DNA of 64,000 nt from Chrysemys picta bellii (lineage: Eukaryota). The position numbers and the translations under genes were made by a program. The stretch lies in assembly GCF_011386835.1 (NCBI RefSeq), contig NC_088803.1:29946001-30010000 (forward strand), written 5' to 3'. The notes under the pieces were generated by a model. It had not been told where the DNA came from, searched no databases, and saw only the letters and a program-made list of their open reading frames with translations. Of this stretch, positions 11,703 through 22,617 are shown piece by piece (position 1 is the stretch's first letter; each line of letters opens with the position of its first letter).

Positions 11703-12361
11703 TGTTGTGTCAGTCCAGCCAGTAAAGCAGCAGCACCGATAGGCTCCAAAGGGCTCCTTACAGGTTTCATGAGCAAGGAGAACATGACTGTGACTCAGGG
11801 CCTCATGTTTGGGCAGAGGTGGCAAGCTGGAAGAAGTGAAGTTTCCAACATGGAAAAGATAAGGAGTCCAGACACAGGGTAGCTGATCCCTGTGAGTAGG
11901 CCAGGCTCAGTGCCCCTTTGCCTGAGCAGGTGGAGCCAACAGAAACAATTAAAGGAGGCAGGGCTACCCCGGGGGGCCTATAAAGGCCTGTCAAAGGACA
12001 GGAAGAGGAGTGATTGGGGCAGCTTGTGCCTGGGGAGAGGAACCACAGAGAAGTGACACTTAACAGGGTGGTGGACCCCGGGAACAAGGGGTCAGGTGCT
12101 CTGGGAAGTAGCCCTAGGGCAGGTGTTCCAGAAGGGGAGCAGAGCTGGCTGTGAGAGGAGCTGGCTAAGACTGGGAAGCTGCAAGAAACAGGATTACTAA
12201 AAACACCTCAGAGGAGAGGCTGTGAAATCCCAGGACAATGGGTGAGCTGAAGGACTGTTTTAGTCTATTATGGGCTTATATTTGGACAAATAAACCTACT
12301 TAAAGGAGCCTGGGCAGGCAGTGAGTGTTGTTAAGCTGGGGAGAAACCCTGCCATGTCACA
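11703..12361 (+). mobile_element. Old LTR-like element
   Basis: TG...CA ends, CCTATAAAGG TATA-like motif near 11977, AATAAA near 12289. Ends uncertain. Confidence 0.4.
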
Positions 12362-12955
12362 CATGGTGCAGAATGCAGAAAGGGAGAGAGACACGAATCT
12401 CTGTTGCCCGGCAAAGTGGGGGAAAAACACAGGCAGGGGGATGCAGAGCTACCTTTGGCCACAAGGTGGCAGCCCCTGTTTTACAAGTACCCCTAAAAAA
12501 GCCCCACTCTTTTCTTACAGGAGGACTAACTCCAAGAAGAGTCACACACAGTAGTGCGCTATATATTAATACATGAACATAGCAATTAGCATACCGTATC
12601 AGTGCTCCTGCTAGTCCAGCGTCATATCTCCGACAGAGGCCTGTACCTTCCCCTGAAGCTTCTGGTACAAGAATCTTCATGCGGGACAATTATGGAATAA
12701 CTTGTCTATTGGGGAAAATCTCTTCCCAATCCCAGGCAAAAAGTGGTGGCTTTATGCCCTGAAGTATGAGGATTTACATCTCTAAGTTTGTACAGTGGCT
12801 AGCACAATGGGTCTGTGATCCACAACTGGAATCCTTAGATGCTACCACGTAAGTAGCAATATAAATGTCTAATCCCTTTTTGAATCCTAAACTCTTGGCC
12901 TCATTGATATCTTATGACATTGTGCAAAAATCACTCCTTTCATTAATATTAAGTA

Positions 12956-13133
12956 TACCGCTATCTCAATATAATGCGAATTCGGATATAATGTGGTAAA
13001 GCAGTGCTCCGGGGGGCGGGGAGGAGGCTGCGCACTCCGGTGGATCAAAGCAAGTTCAATATAACGCGGTTTCACCTATAACACGGTAAGATTTTTTGGC
13101 TCCTGAGGAAAGCGTTATATCGAGGTAGAAGTA
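12956..13133. mobile_element. Tc1/Mariner (Tigger-like) MITE
   Basis: TIRs TACCGCTATCTCAATATAATGC / GCGTTATATCGAGGTAGAAGTA, flanked by TA on both sides. Confidence 0.8.
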
Positions 13134-15847
13134 TATGTTGCCTTTCAGTTTCATTAACATCCCCTTTTTCTCATATTATGACAGAGGGTAAATAGGAGTG
13201 TTTAATTTACCCCCTCTATACCCTTCATTCTGTATACCTCTTTCATGTCTCCATCTCCTCTCTAAACCAAGAGACCCAGTCTTCCAACTCTCCTCATACA
13301 GCAGGCCTTTGCCTTTCTCTAATCTATTTTTTCCACATCAACTGAGACAAGGCAACAAGATGAAGACAGTGGGTAGTTTAACAAGTGAGTTATCTACCTA
13401 GGTGGCTAAATCCTATTGACAGTCAATGAAAATGGGGCTTACGTGAGTTAAGCATGTAGGTATTCTTGAACACTTTACCTAGTGTTCCAGATGAATATGC
13501 ATACCACCAATTGATATCATGGCATTACAACACTAATTATTTCTATAGCCCATTCTTTAGACATCCTAACACTGTTTGCTCTTTGATTTTTTTGAGAATG
13601 CCTGCAACTTCCTCAGGCTCTGAAGGTCAGTCTAGTCTGAGATTTTTCACCATCCAGCTGGTGATGTAAAGAGAACTGACAGGCTTAACCCACAGAGCGC
13701 CAACAGGGTAATGAGAATAACTAAGTTCCTGTGTGCACTGGCTGATAAGAAGAAAGAGCAGCAGGCCAGGCAGTGGTATTTTGGCTGATGCAGTTCTAAG
13801 ACAATTCTTCCTTCTGCATCACAGCACAGGCACCAGTGACTCTGAAAAGCCACTGCTACTTCATTATCCTTTGTACTGCATTACAGACCAAGGCTAACAG
13901 CAAAAATGCAAGGAAAGGAGGGAGAGAAGCAGCAAAACTCTTCGCTATTTCCCTCTGATAACCGCCTCAGAATTATTTAAATGCTTTACAAAGAAGGATT
14001 AAGAAAAATTTTTGAGTCAAATCATCCTCTCCTCCTTAGTGAGTCAATCAGACCTACCCTAAGCCACTAGAAACACCAGTCTTTTCCTAGCCTGAAGTGG
14101 AAGTGTCAAAAGCGACAAGTGTCACTGTTCTATAGGTCGCAGCTTAGATGACACGAGGCCCCACAGGTTCTGTTACTCAGTCTGTGGGTGAGAACCCCTC
14201 GGTCTGCATCCAGAGTTATCTTTGGATTGTCAGAATCCTGTCCCTCACATCCGTGAGATGCTGCTGTGTCCTAGGGGTGGTGAACTGCACTCATTGGAGT
14301 GAGCATGCAATTCCACTAGGGTAGGGAGTCCCAGACTTCTGTATGCCATGACCCTCTTTGGGCTCACCTCTGTTAACACACTCCCCAGGGGTCTGACACA
14401 GCCCTGCAACCAGAAAGTACCTCACTACTAGTGTTGGCTTCAGATTGGAAAAGAACCCAAGCCCTTGGGTTCAGATCTGATGGGCTCCTCTCTTCCTACC
14501 CATAGGGCTGGTGCAGCAGCAGCTGCGGCCAGCTCACTGTGCTGCATGTGCTGACGAGTCCCAGGGCCTCTCAGAGTGCAGCACACGGTGCAGCGAGGTG
14601 AGGGCAGCCAGGAGCATGCAGCCACCTCTCATTGTGCAGTGTACTCAGCAGCATGCATGTCTCGGGGTCACAATCCCCCATTTGGGAAACGCTGCACTAG
14701 GAAGCTTTAACGGTAATCTGCCCTTTTCAATTAGGACACAGCTACATTAGTGCAGAGCAAAAACTTTCCTACCTCTTCACCATCCTTGCATTGCAAACCA
14801 TTCCAATCCATATGGATGTGTGCCATTCTGCTTTCCTCCTCGGCCCCCCAGTGGTCCGGTTATCTCCATATGGCTACCATTGCTGTAGTATCCACTCACT
14901 TCCCAATCTTTATCGCATTTATCCCTACATCAGCCCTGTGAGGCAGGACAGTGCTATTACCCCCCCCCCCCTCTGTAAAACGGAGACCTGAGGCACAGAG
15001 AGGGAGTGACTTGCTCAAGGTCACTCAGGAAGTCTCTAGCAAAAAGGGGACCATCATTCCCTTCCTTATTGACATCTGAGGAGCCACTCAAGAGGACCGT
15101 AAGGAGACTTAAATACAATCACTGGGGACAAAGTGCCTACAAGTCATTAATCTGGCTGATCCCACCAGTTATGGCAGCATTCCCACTCTATGTGGACTAG
15201 CAAGTTAAACAATTTTTAAAAAAACAAACACCATTTAAGCAAACAAATTAAAAAATCAGAATAGGGGTGGAAATTTAGTGATGTGAACCAGGGTACTGGT
15301 TGCAGAGAGGAGCCCATTTTTCAGTATCTTCCTGAAGAGCAAACCAAAGTTCACCACTCTGTCTTGATTACAACCCATTGTAAAATTTGATCCTGACAGC
15401 ATGGACTCTAATCTGCTTTCATAGGGAACTGCAATTATACTTATCGGTAATTTTGTAAAATCTGCTTTGACAGACAGTGTACTGACAACTTTTCCTGGCA
15501 GAAATTAAAGTGGATTTTTCTTAAAGAAGGCCACCCGTCCACACAACCCTAATCCTCCTAGCTCACATATGTTATTGTAACTTGCACTGCACTGAATCCA
15601 ATTACACAGCCTCAACCCAGGAAAAATCTGCAGCCGTTTAAGAGCCAAAGGCATCAAATGAAAGGGTGTGTGTGGGGGGAGAAGTCTTATTGCAATTTGG
15701 CTCTGAAATCTCACCTCTGCAGACAGGTAAGTTTGCACTGTCATGAAGAAAATACACCATTCTCCATCATATTAACAAACTGCCAGGGTGACACACATTT
15801 GAGTGAAGCGTGGACAACAGAAAAACCTATGGAAACCAAGCTGATGT

Positions 15848-16300
15848 TACTCCTGGGGGGATTCTGCGTGATTGCACGCCCGCAGAAAACTGGTTCCCCC
15901 GCAGAATTCCTGTGCTTCCCTGCCGAAAACGGCAGGGAAGCAAAGGGAAGCCACACGAGCGGTGCGGGGGGTGACCATGGGTGCAGTTTTTTGGGGGGAC
16001 TTCCCCCCTCCAAACAGAAGCAAGACATGGGGGGCACACGGGGTTACGTGTCACTGCCTTCCCCTCATTTCTGCAAGCGCAGAGCTGCCCAGCTAAAGGA
16101 GGCTGCGTCTTGACTCCGCTGACTTTGCAGCTGAACACTGCCTCCTGGATCCTCATGCCAGTCGTGCTCCCCCACTGCCATGCTGGAGCCACATTTATTT
16201 ATTGACAAATAAAAGTTGCAGTATTTTAAAAGATTGTGCTCATAATTTTTAGTTTTGGGCACAATTTTTAATTTTTTGGTGCATAATTCCCTCAGGAGTA
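15848..16300. mobile_element. TIR element (MITE) with 7-bp TSD CTGATGT
   Basis: TIRs TACTCCTGGGGGATTCTGC / GCATAATTCCCTCAGGAGTA; CTGATGT at 15841-15847 and 16301-16307. Confidence 0.85.
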
Positions 16301-16809
16301 CTGATGTGCAACTGCAATCTGGAAATGCCTCACAATTGTTATTTATTCTATGTTAAAAGCAATTTTGAAGTATATTGCTCTGGCTGTATGAACAAGCCAC
16401 CAGTGAGCGCCACCAAGCAGCAGGTCTCGCATACATTGTGCATGCAGGATTGAAGCAGCGGACAAACTTGGGCTAAATTGTCAGAAATGGCCTCAAAAAA
16501 GCTAGCAAAACTACATGCAAAAAGTAGGTAATTGTGTGTGTGTCTATCTGACATGCACCTAGTCACACAAGCTAATGTAAGTTGTGGTTGGATGGTAAAA
16601 GGGGAAGGGTATAATGATTTTTGACAGTTTGTGGACAGCTGAAATTTTTCCCTTTCATATCCAGAAACTATGGCTTCAAAATCACAAGTCAACCCTTCTT
16701 AAAAAGAATATTGAAGCCACTTGGCCTCAATAGGGACAGGCAGTGTTGCCCTTGGTCAGTGGCTAAATATTACATTTGCAATGTTCTCCATATGGCAGAG
16801 ACTTCTAAG

Positions 16810-17012
16810 GGCCAGATTCTGCCACCCTCACATACATTTAGCACTTACTCTGCCAACAGTCCAATTGAAATGAATGGGACTGCATGTGGAGTCAGGGGGA
16901 GGGGTTGGAATCTGTTCCTAATCTGGTTATAGATCTACTGGATTTTGGGCATATTGGTGGGAACACATCTGTCTTCTATTAGTATAGTTTACACCAGCTG
17001 AAGATCTGGCCC
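16810..17012. mobile_element. Old MITE with GGGCCAGATTCT / AGATCTGGCCC termini
   Basis: Matching inverted termini; similar degenerate copies near 5206-5401, 23990-24128 and 54401-54483. Confidence 0.55.
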
Positions 17013-17654
17013 ATTCCTTCCTAAAGGACAGGTGCATTTTCAAGGGTCAGAAATTGCATGTTACCTCTTTGTAGGCAGATTTTGGACTGGGAGTCAGGAC
17101 ATCAGACTTCCTGTGTGACCTTGGGCAAGCTACTTACAGTCCTTATTTTACAAGCTGGAGAAACGGATAATGATACTTCCTCTACCTGAAGGCACATTGT
17201 GAGGCTTAATTTGTTAGTGTTTGAGTGCTTTGGAATTCTGGAATGGAAATAGCTATCGAGATGCAAATAATTGGCAAATTTCCACAGTGCTTTTCAAGCA
17301 GAAGGACAGAGTGCTTTACAAACTGACTATAGCAAGGAATAATTCCCTCACATACCCCATTCAAGTAGTCAGTCACCTCTTTGGTGGAACATAGTTCCTG
17401 TATGACAGTGCATAGCAACACCAAATAGTTTAAGAAAGAAATAAAGATCATCATATCCAAGTGACTCTGAAGGCAGAATTTGCAATTGGTAAATCTGTTA
17501 CCCGCTCTGGCCAGAACACTGCTAACAGTCATAGAGCCTTAACAGCCCCAAGCACTCAACTTTTATGTTTCATCCATCACCCATCCTGCTCCAAACAAAA
17601 CAAACCCAAAACAGCACCTCCAGCAGCAACCAGGGTCCTCCAGGGAAGAATACA

Positions 17655-17775
17655 AATTAATGAAACAGCAATATCCCTTCTGCAGCACCCATGTACTCCT
17701 AAGAGGTCTTTAGTATTAACCTGGTACCCTGCAATATTGACTGGCATAACCCTGCTTAGCTTATGAGAGGGAAGG
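17655..17775 (-). mobile_element. 5S-derived SINE head (AmnSINE1-like)
   Basis: Minus strand AAGCTAAGCAGGGTT...GGTTAATACT..AGACCTC..GGGTGCTGCAG resembles the 5S rRNA internal promoter region and the AmnSINE1 5' part. Confidence 0.55.
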
Positions 17776-18040
17776 AAAATCAGAACACATGGCTGGCAAA
17801 GCTTTAGTCTAGCTTCGGGCTTCATCACTTCTGGTGAATATATCTATAGTAGTTCAATATCTATAGTAGATGTAGTAAACCAATGCATTTCTCCTTCATG
17901 CTGTTGATGAGTCTGGGTATTAGTTCTTGTATTCTACAAATATCGGAGGAGTACAGACACATATCCTGAAGTAACAGAATCTATAGCATTCTAAAGCTCT
18001 CTCCTTTTCTCTTGTCCCTTACCTGGGGAAGTACTGTCAC

Positions 18041-18331
18041 CAGGGGCGGCTCTATGTTCTTTGCTGCCCCAAGCACGGCAGTCAGGCGGGCTTTGGGGGC
18101 TCGCCTGCGGGCAGTCCGCTGGTCACGCGGATTTGGTGGCATTTCTGCGGGTGATCTACCAGTCCCGCGCCTTCGGCATACCAGCCGCCAAAGCCCCAGG
18201 ATCAGCGGACCTCCCGCAGGCAAGCCGCCGAAGGCTGCCTGACAGCCGCCCTCACGGTGACTGGCACGCCACCCCCCGTGGCTTGCTGCCCCAGGCACGC
18301 GCTTGCTGCGCTGGTGCCTGTAGCCGCCCCG
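18041..18331 (+). mobile_element. GC-rich hAT-type MITE
   Basis: TIRs CAGGGGCGGCTCTA / TGTAGCCGCCCCG; perfect 8-bp TSD ACTGTCAC at 18033-18040 and 18332-18339. Confidence 0.9.
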
Positions 18332-18805
18332 ACTGTCACCCACCCCTACAAACAGGAGGCCCTGATAGCAGCAGCATTATGGATCCACCACTTGGCTGAT
18401 GCTCTGGTTATTCCATCAATGTGTCAGTAAGGCCATATGGTGGCCACAAAACCTTGAGCCAACAATAGTGGACTTGGGGAAAAAGGTTCTTTTTGCATAG
18501 GCTCTGGCAAATCTCCCCAGCACACAGCCTGGCTTCTCACCCTGTGCACTGTAGATAATTTGTTTCTTGGGCTCTCCTAATTTGGGGGAGGAATGGGTCA
18601 GTTCAGAGGAAAACACAGGATTCCAACCTAAAATGCAAAGTATCTTTTGCCCATGGACCAGGGGAGATGGCGGGGGGTGGGAGGGGACGACTTAAACTGC
18701 TCGAGACTCATTTTCATAACACCACCACCCAGATGACAGGGTAGGAGGGACAAGATTAAGCCTTAGGCTCACTTGCCCATCCATAGTAACTACCCCTGTA
18801 AGCAA

Positions 18806-19066
18806 CATAAGAACGGCCATACTAGGTCAGACCAAAGGTCCATCTAGCTCAGTATCCTGTCTTCTCACAGTGGCCAATACCAGGTGTCCCAGAGGGAATG
18901 AAGAACAGCTGATCCATTCCAAGTCACTCATTCCCAGCTTCTGGCAAACAGAGGCTAGGGACACCATCCCTGCCCATCCTGGCTAATAGCCATTAATTGA
19001 CCTATCCTCCATGAATTTATCTAGTTCTCTTTTGAAACCTGTTATAGTCTTGGCCTTCACAACATC
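18806..19066 (-). mobile_element. CR1 3' end fragment
   Basis: Closely similar to 2682-2945 (AACATAAGAACGGCCATACT..GGTCAGACCAAAGGTCCATCTAG). Confidence 0.9.
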
Positions 19067-19719
19067 CATATATCTCCCTGAAGCAAGATTGTTCAGGGAG
19101 ATATATGGGTGAGGGGAAAAGAAGAGAAACTAAATCAAAATAGAAAGCAAGGAAGTCCCATGTGTACTTAGCCAGCCAGTCAAACCTCATACACATCACA
19201 GCCCTTTTGCGTGTACAGACTTTGTCTTGCCTTGGTTATCCAGCAAAACGTTAATTAGAATAGATGTGCACAGCCAGAGCGATAATCACCCTGGAAGAGT
19301 TCTATAGATCGTAACACTACAATAGTCCCACAAAGTTCATTTAGGGATTTAATAGAGACAGTTTGTAAGACCCTTATATAAAGAGCTCATTCTCTGTGTC
19401 TATAGAAACTTACTCGGTTTTTATAGAAGCTTATTGTTTTCATACTGATTAAAGCCAGTCAGACTTTTCCACAAGGGAAATAAGGAACTACTGTCCTCTG
19501 TTTTTGTATAAAAATATCCCCCCGGTTTAATACTTACCTCCTGGGTCAAATGACAGGAACCCATTTCACAGGTTTCCCGTTCAAAAGAAACCCCGTATTC
19601 GTTCCTGGTGAACCTGCAGCAGTTACCTTCAAAGGGCTCCAGCAGGACAGCACCGCCCAAGCCTGCCTGAGAACTCACAGACCAGCCACCCCAACTGGAC
19701 ACAGGAGGGCGAAACTCGC

Positions 19720-20560
19720 CGAGTTACCCAGGCAAAAGCGAGCGAGCACCGCGCATCCGAATGTCATTACTCAGAGCGAGAAAAATGCAGCTCGCCCGAG
19801 CTTGGGACGGCCCAGTACAAATATAGGCAAATGAGCTCACATCCTGTCGGGATCCGGGCTAGCAGGGCTGGGTCGGAACATCGCAGGGAAAACACCAGCC
19901 CGGCCCAGCAGCCCCTGGCTATTAAGCGCAGAGCCGCGCAGCACGGCTGGGGTCCATCCCCTACCCCCTCCAAGGAGCCACCCCCGAGCCACGCCACACA
20001 AAGCAGCCCCGCTTCCCCAGCGCCGCTCCAGCCAGCAGAGCGGCTCGGTGTCCAAACCCAAAGCCTCCCCCAGGGGGTCCCGCACTGCGCACCCGGGGGC
20101 CCGATCCCCGGCCCCGGAGAACCCCGCCCGGCGAGCCCCACACTCACATCGCTTGCACAGCTCCAGACACAAAGCCATGGGAGACACAAAGCAGGGGTGG
20201 CGGCTCTTCCCTCCTGCGGGGGGCGGCGGACGGGCCACGGCAGCCGGGGGGGATGGTGCGCTCTGCTCGCGGGCCCGGGCGAGGCGGGGGGCAGCAGGAC
20301 AAGGGCAGAGCCGCACGGGTCTCGCTCGCTACCTCCCTTTGCCTCGCCCCGCCGCTGCAGCTGTGCGCCGCCCCGGGGCGGGGCTCCGGGGTAGCCTGGA
20401 TGGCCACGCCCCCGAGCCCGGGCTGGCTGGCGGGCGGGGGGGGTCGGCCGGCGGGCGGGGAGAAATCACGCCGGATCCAGCTGGACTCCCGCATGTGCTC
20501 ACTGGGCAGCCCGGCCTGAGACCCCCCTTCCCCATCGCTCTGCCCTGGGGCTGGGCTGCC
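19720..20560 (-). promoter_or_regulatory. CpG island, internal promoter of the DLGAP4 short isoform
   Basis: Abrupt GC- and CpG-rich stretch with GGGCGG boxes surrounding the MALCLEL exon, in otherwise CpG-depleted DNA. Confidence 0.88.
20148..20178 (-). CDS. DLGAP4: DLGAP4 short-isoform alternative first coding exon, MALCLELCKR + 1 nt (phase 1)
   Basis: CCCATGGCTTTGTGTCTGGAGCTGTGCAAGCGAT|GTGAGT: ATG with G at +4, consensus donor, same phase as exon 4, inside a CpG island. Resembles the human short-isoform N-terminus MALCLELLKQC as I recall it. Confidence 0.88.
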
Positions 20561-21134
20561 AGTGGGAGTTTCGGGGGTCCCAGAACAGGGTGCTGGTCCA
20601 TTGCTTGGTGTGGCAACAAAGACCCTGGGCTATAGGGCCCCCAAGCACAAGACTCTCCCCCCCCCCAAGCACAGGACCCCTGGCATCCCCGCAGAGGGGT
20701 TGGCTGGTCCACAACTGTCTGGTTGCTAGATGGGGAACTGGGTTTGGGTGCTCGTGCTCCCATGGCCTTGGTGCCAGCAGCGCTTAATGTGTGTGGGGGG
20801 GGACGGGGGTGTCATAGATCCAGCAAAACCAAAACTAAACAGGGAGCTAGGTGGCCGAGGGGCACGCTTTGATCCATTATGATAGATTCCCCCTCCCCTT
20901 TTTTTCAGAACACATTCAGCACTGGCTGCTGACAGGGGAAATCAGGGATTATGTCACTTCCCCTTCATCTGTATTTATTCCATGCATTACTGGGTCACTG
21001 AGAGGTTAATGACGCTGGCCTGGCCCTGCTCTAGGTACCGCTGATATATTAAGAAGGGGAGGCCCCCAGTATTACACGCAAACAGCTGAGATCTTACAGT
21101 AGTTAGTGAATTACCAGTACAACATTCTCGCCAA

Positions 21135-21345
21135 CAGCCGAGCAATCCAGTGGTTAGGGCCCAAGCCTAGGACCCCGGAGATTTGTGTTCAATTCCCTGC
21201 TCCAGCATTGATGTCCTGTGTGACCTTGGGCAAGTCACTTAGCCTCTCTGTGCTTCAGTTCCCCTCTGTAAAAGGGGGATAATAGCACTGCCTGCCTCAT
21301 GGGGATATTGTGAAATGCTTTGAGCACTGTACTAGATAAGAGCTG
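21135..21345 (+). mobile_element. MIR/CORE-SINE
   Basis: CORE motif TGTGTGACCTTGGGCAAGTCACTTAGCCTCTCTGTGCTTCAGTT. Further copies near 14900-15040(-), 17080-17250, 35800-36030, 44050-44310, 46130-46270(-) and 50445-50710. Confidence 0.8.
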
Positions 21346-21786
21346 AGTATGGTTACCTACCTAATAGCAGCTCATTGTCCAGCTGCCTTCTGAACTGGGG
21401 AAAATAAATGGGCTCTGCAGACAGTGTGCCCAGAAAGTTAGCCATCCTGGGCTATGTGGGAGCAAAGTCAAGGGGCCTTTCTGGCACCTCCCTTCCTTCC
21501 CATTTATAACAAAGGGATCCAGTTCAAGACGTCTGCCAATCCCAGTTGTGCTTTTTAGCATGGAGAAAGAGTTGATCTCCCAGGTTTAAACCATGCAGGG
21601 ATTTGTAGGTTAAAACCGGCACCCCCTGGAAACATTGGCAGCCCATGTAGCTCCCAGAGCAGTGGTGTCATATATTCCTGGTTTGAAATTCCACTTTATA
21701 TGTGGGCAGCTGCATTTTGCATTAGCTACACATTCTGAATGATGTCAAGGTGTAGCATCAAGAGAGCACATTAGAATAATTTAACC

Positions 21787-22430
21787 TCAAAGTAACAAAG
21801 GATGGATGATTGTGGTTAAGGTCCCTTCATGGGCAAGAAGAGGATGTATATGGCGAAGAGCACTCCTGGCTCCAGCTGACCCCTGGTGGTCCAGAAAGAA
21901 AGAACCCAGGATCTGAACAAAGGATGCAAATGGCAGACACGCTCCTTCAGTCAATGGTACTACAGTAAGCTTCTGCTCTTTCAGATGCTTCCCCAAACCT
22001 ACTAACATTATCTCCATTTTATCCAGACTGAACTGTAGCCAGCTAACCTTCTCCAAGCCCCAAGCTCATATAGACACTGGATCATTTGTTCCACTGCACT
22101 GGCTGGGACAGGAGTGATGGAGACATAGAACAGGGTGTCATCAAGCATACTGAATACACTGCTGCCTGTATCTCCTCACTAACTCTCCCAATGTCCTTGT
22201 ACATATGTTGAACAGGAGGAATGGCAAAACTGGCCATTCTGGCACCCTTCAGGGGTCATTGATGCCACAGGAGCAAATGCCCAACACTACCTTAAAACAG
22301 GAAAGAACCCAACCACTCAAGTAACTCCATCTAGACTTGCTGGTGACTACGGGTATTGAGGGCAGGACAGACAAGGAGGGTGACAAACAGATATGTCAAT
22401 AAAACCTCATGATTAATGGTATAAAAGACA
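21787..22430 (-). mobile_element. Decayed L2-like LINE RT fragment
   Basis: Minus-strand WLQFSLDKMEIMLVG...VQILG resembles the L2 WLQLNPDKTEVMLVG motif; a frameshifted QYA-DDTLFY (YADD-like) lies near 22125-22155. Confidence 0.65.
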
Positions 22431-22529
22431 GTAGACAGATCTAGAAAGGACAGCATGGACTCTTGATCATCCTCCATCGTTCAAGGAGATCACCAGCCAA
22501 ATCCCTGCCCTGAATAGTTTACAGTCTAA

Positions 22530-22617
22530 GGCCCAGATCCTCAAATGTATTTAGGCTCCTAACTTCCACTGATTTCAATGGCTGTTAGGAGCCTAAATAT
22601 GTTTCAGAATCTGGACC
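22530..22617. mobile_element. Short hairpin MITE
   Basis: Perfect 16-bp inverted repeat TATTTAGGCTCCTAAC (22548-22563) / GTTAGGAGCCTAAATA (22584-22599), inside GGCCCAGATCC...GAATCTGGACC termini. Confidence 0.7.

Noticed and set aside
17981-18399. ORFs here and at 30306-30693 sharing the peptide [12 protein letters not shown]
   Set aside because: The shared peptide comes from two copies of the same GC-rich non-autonomous hAT MITE.
19767-20763. Multiple 100-195 aa ORFs
   Set aside because: CpG-island composition explains them; only the 31-nt MALCLEL segment has homology and splice support.
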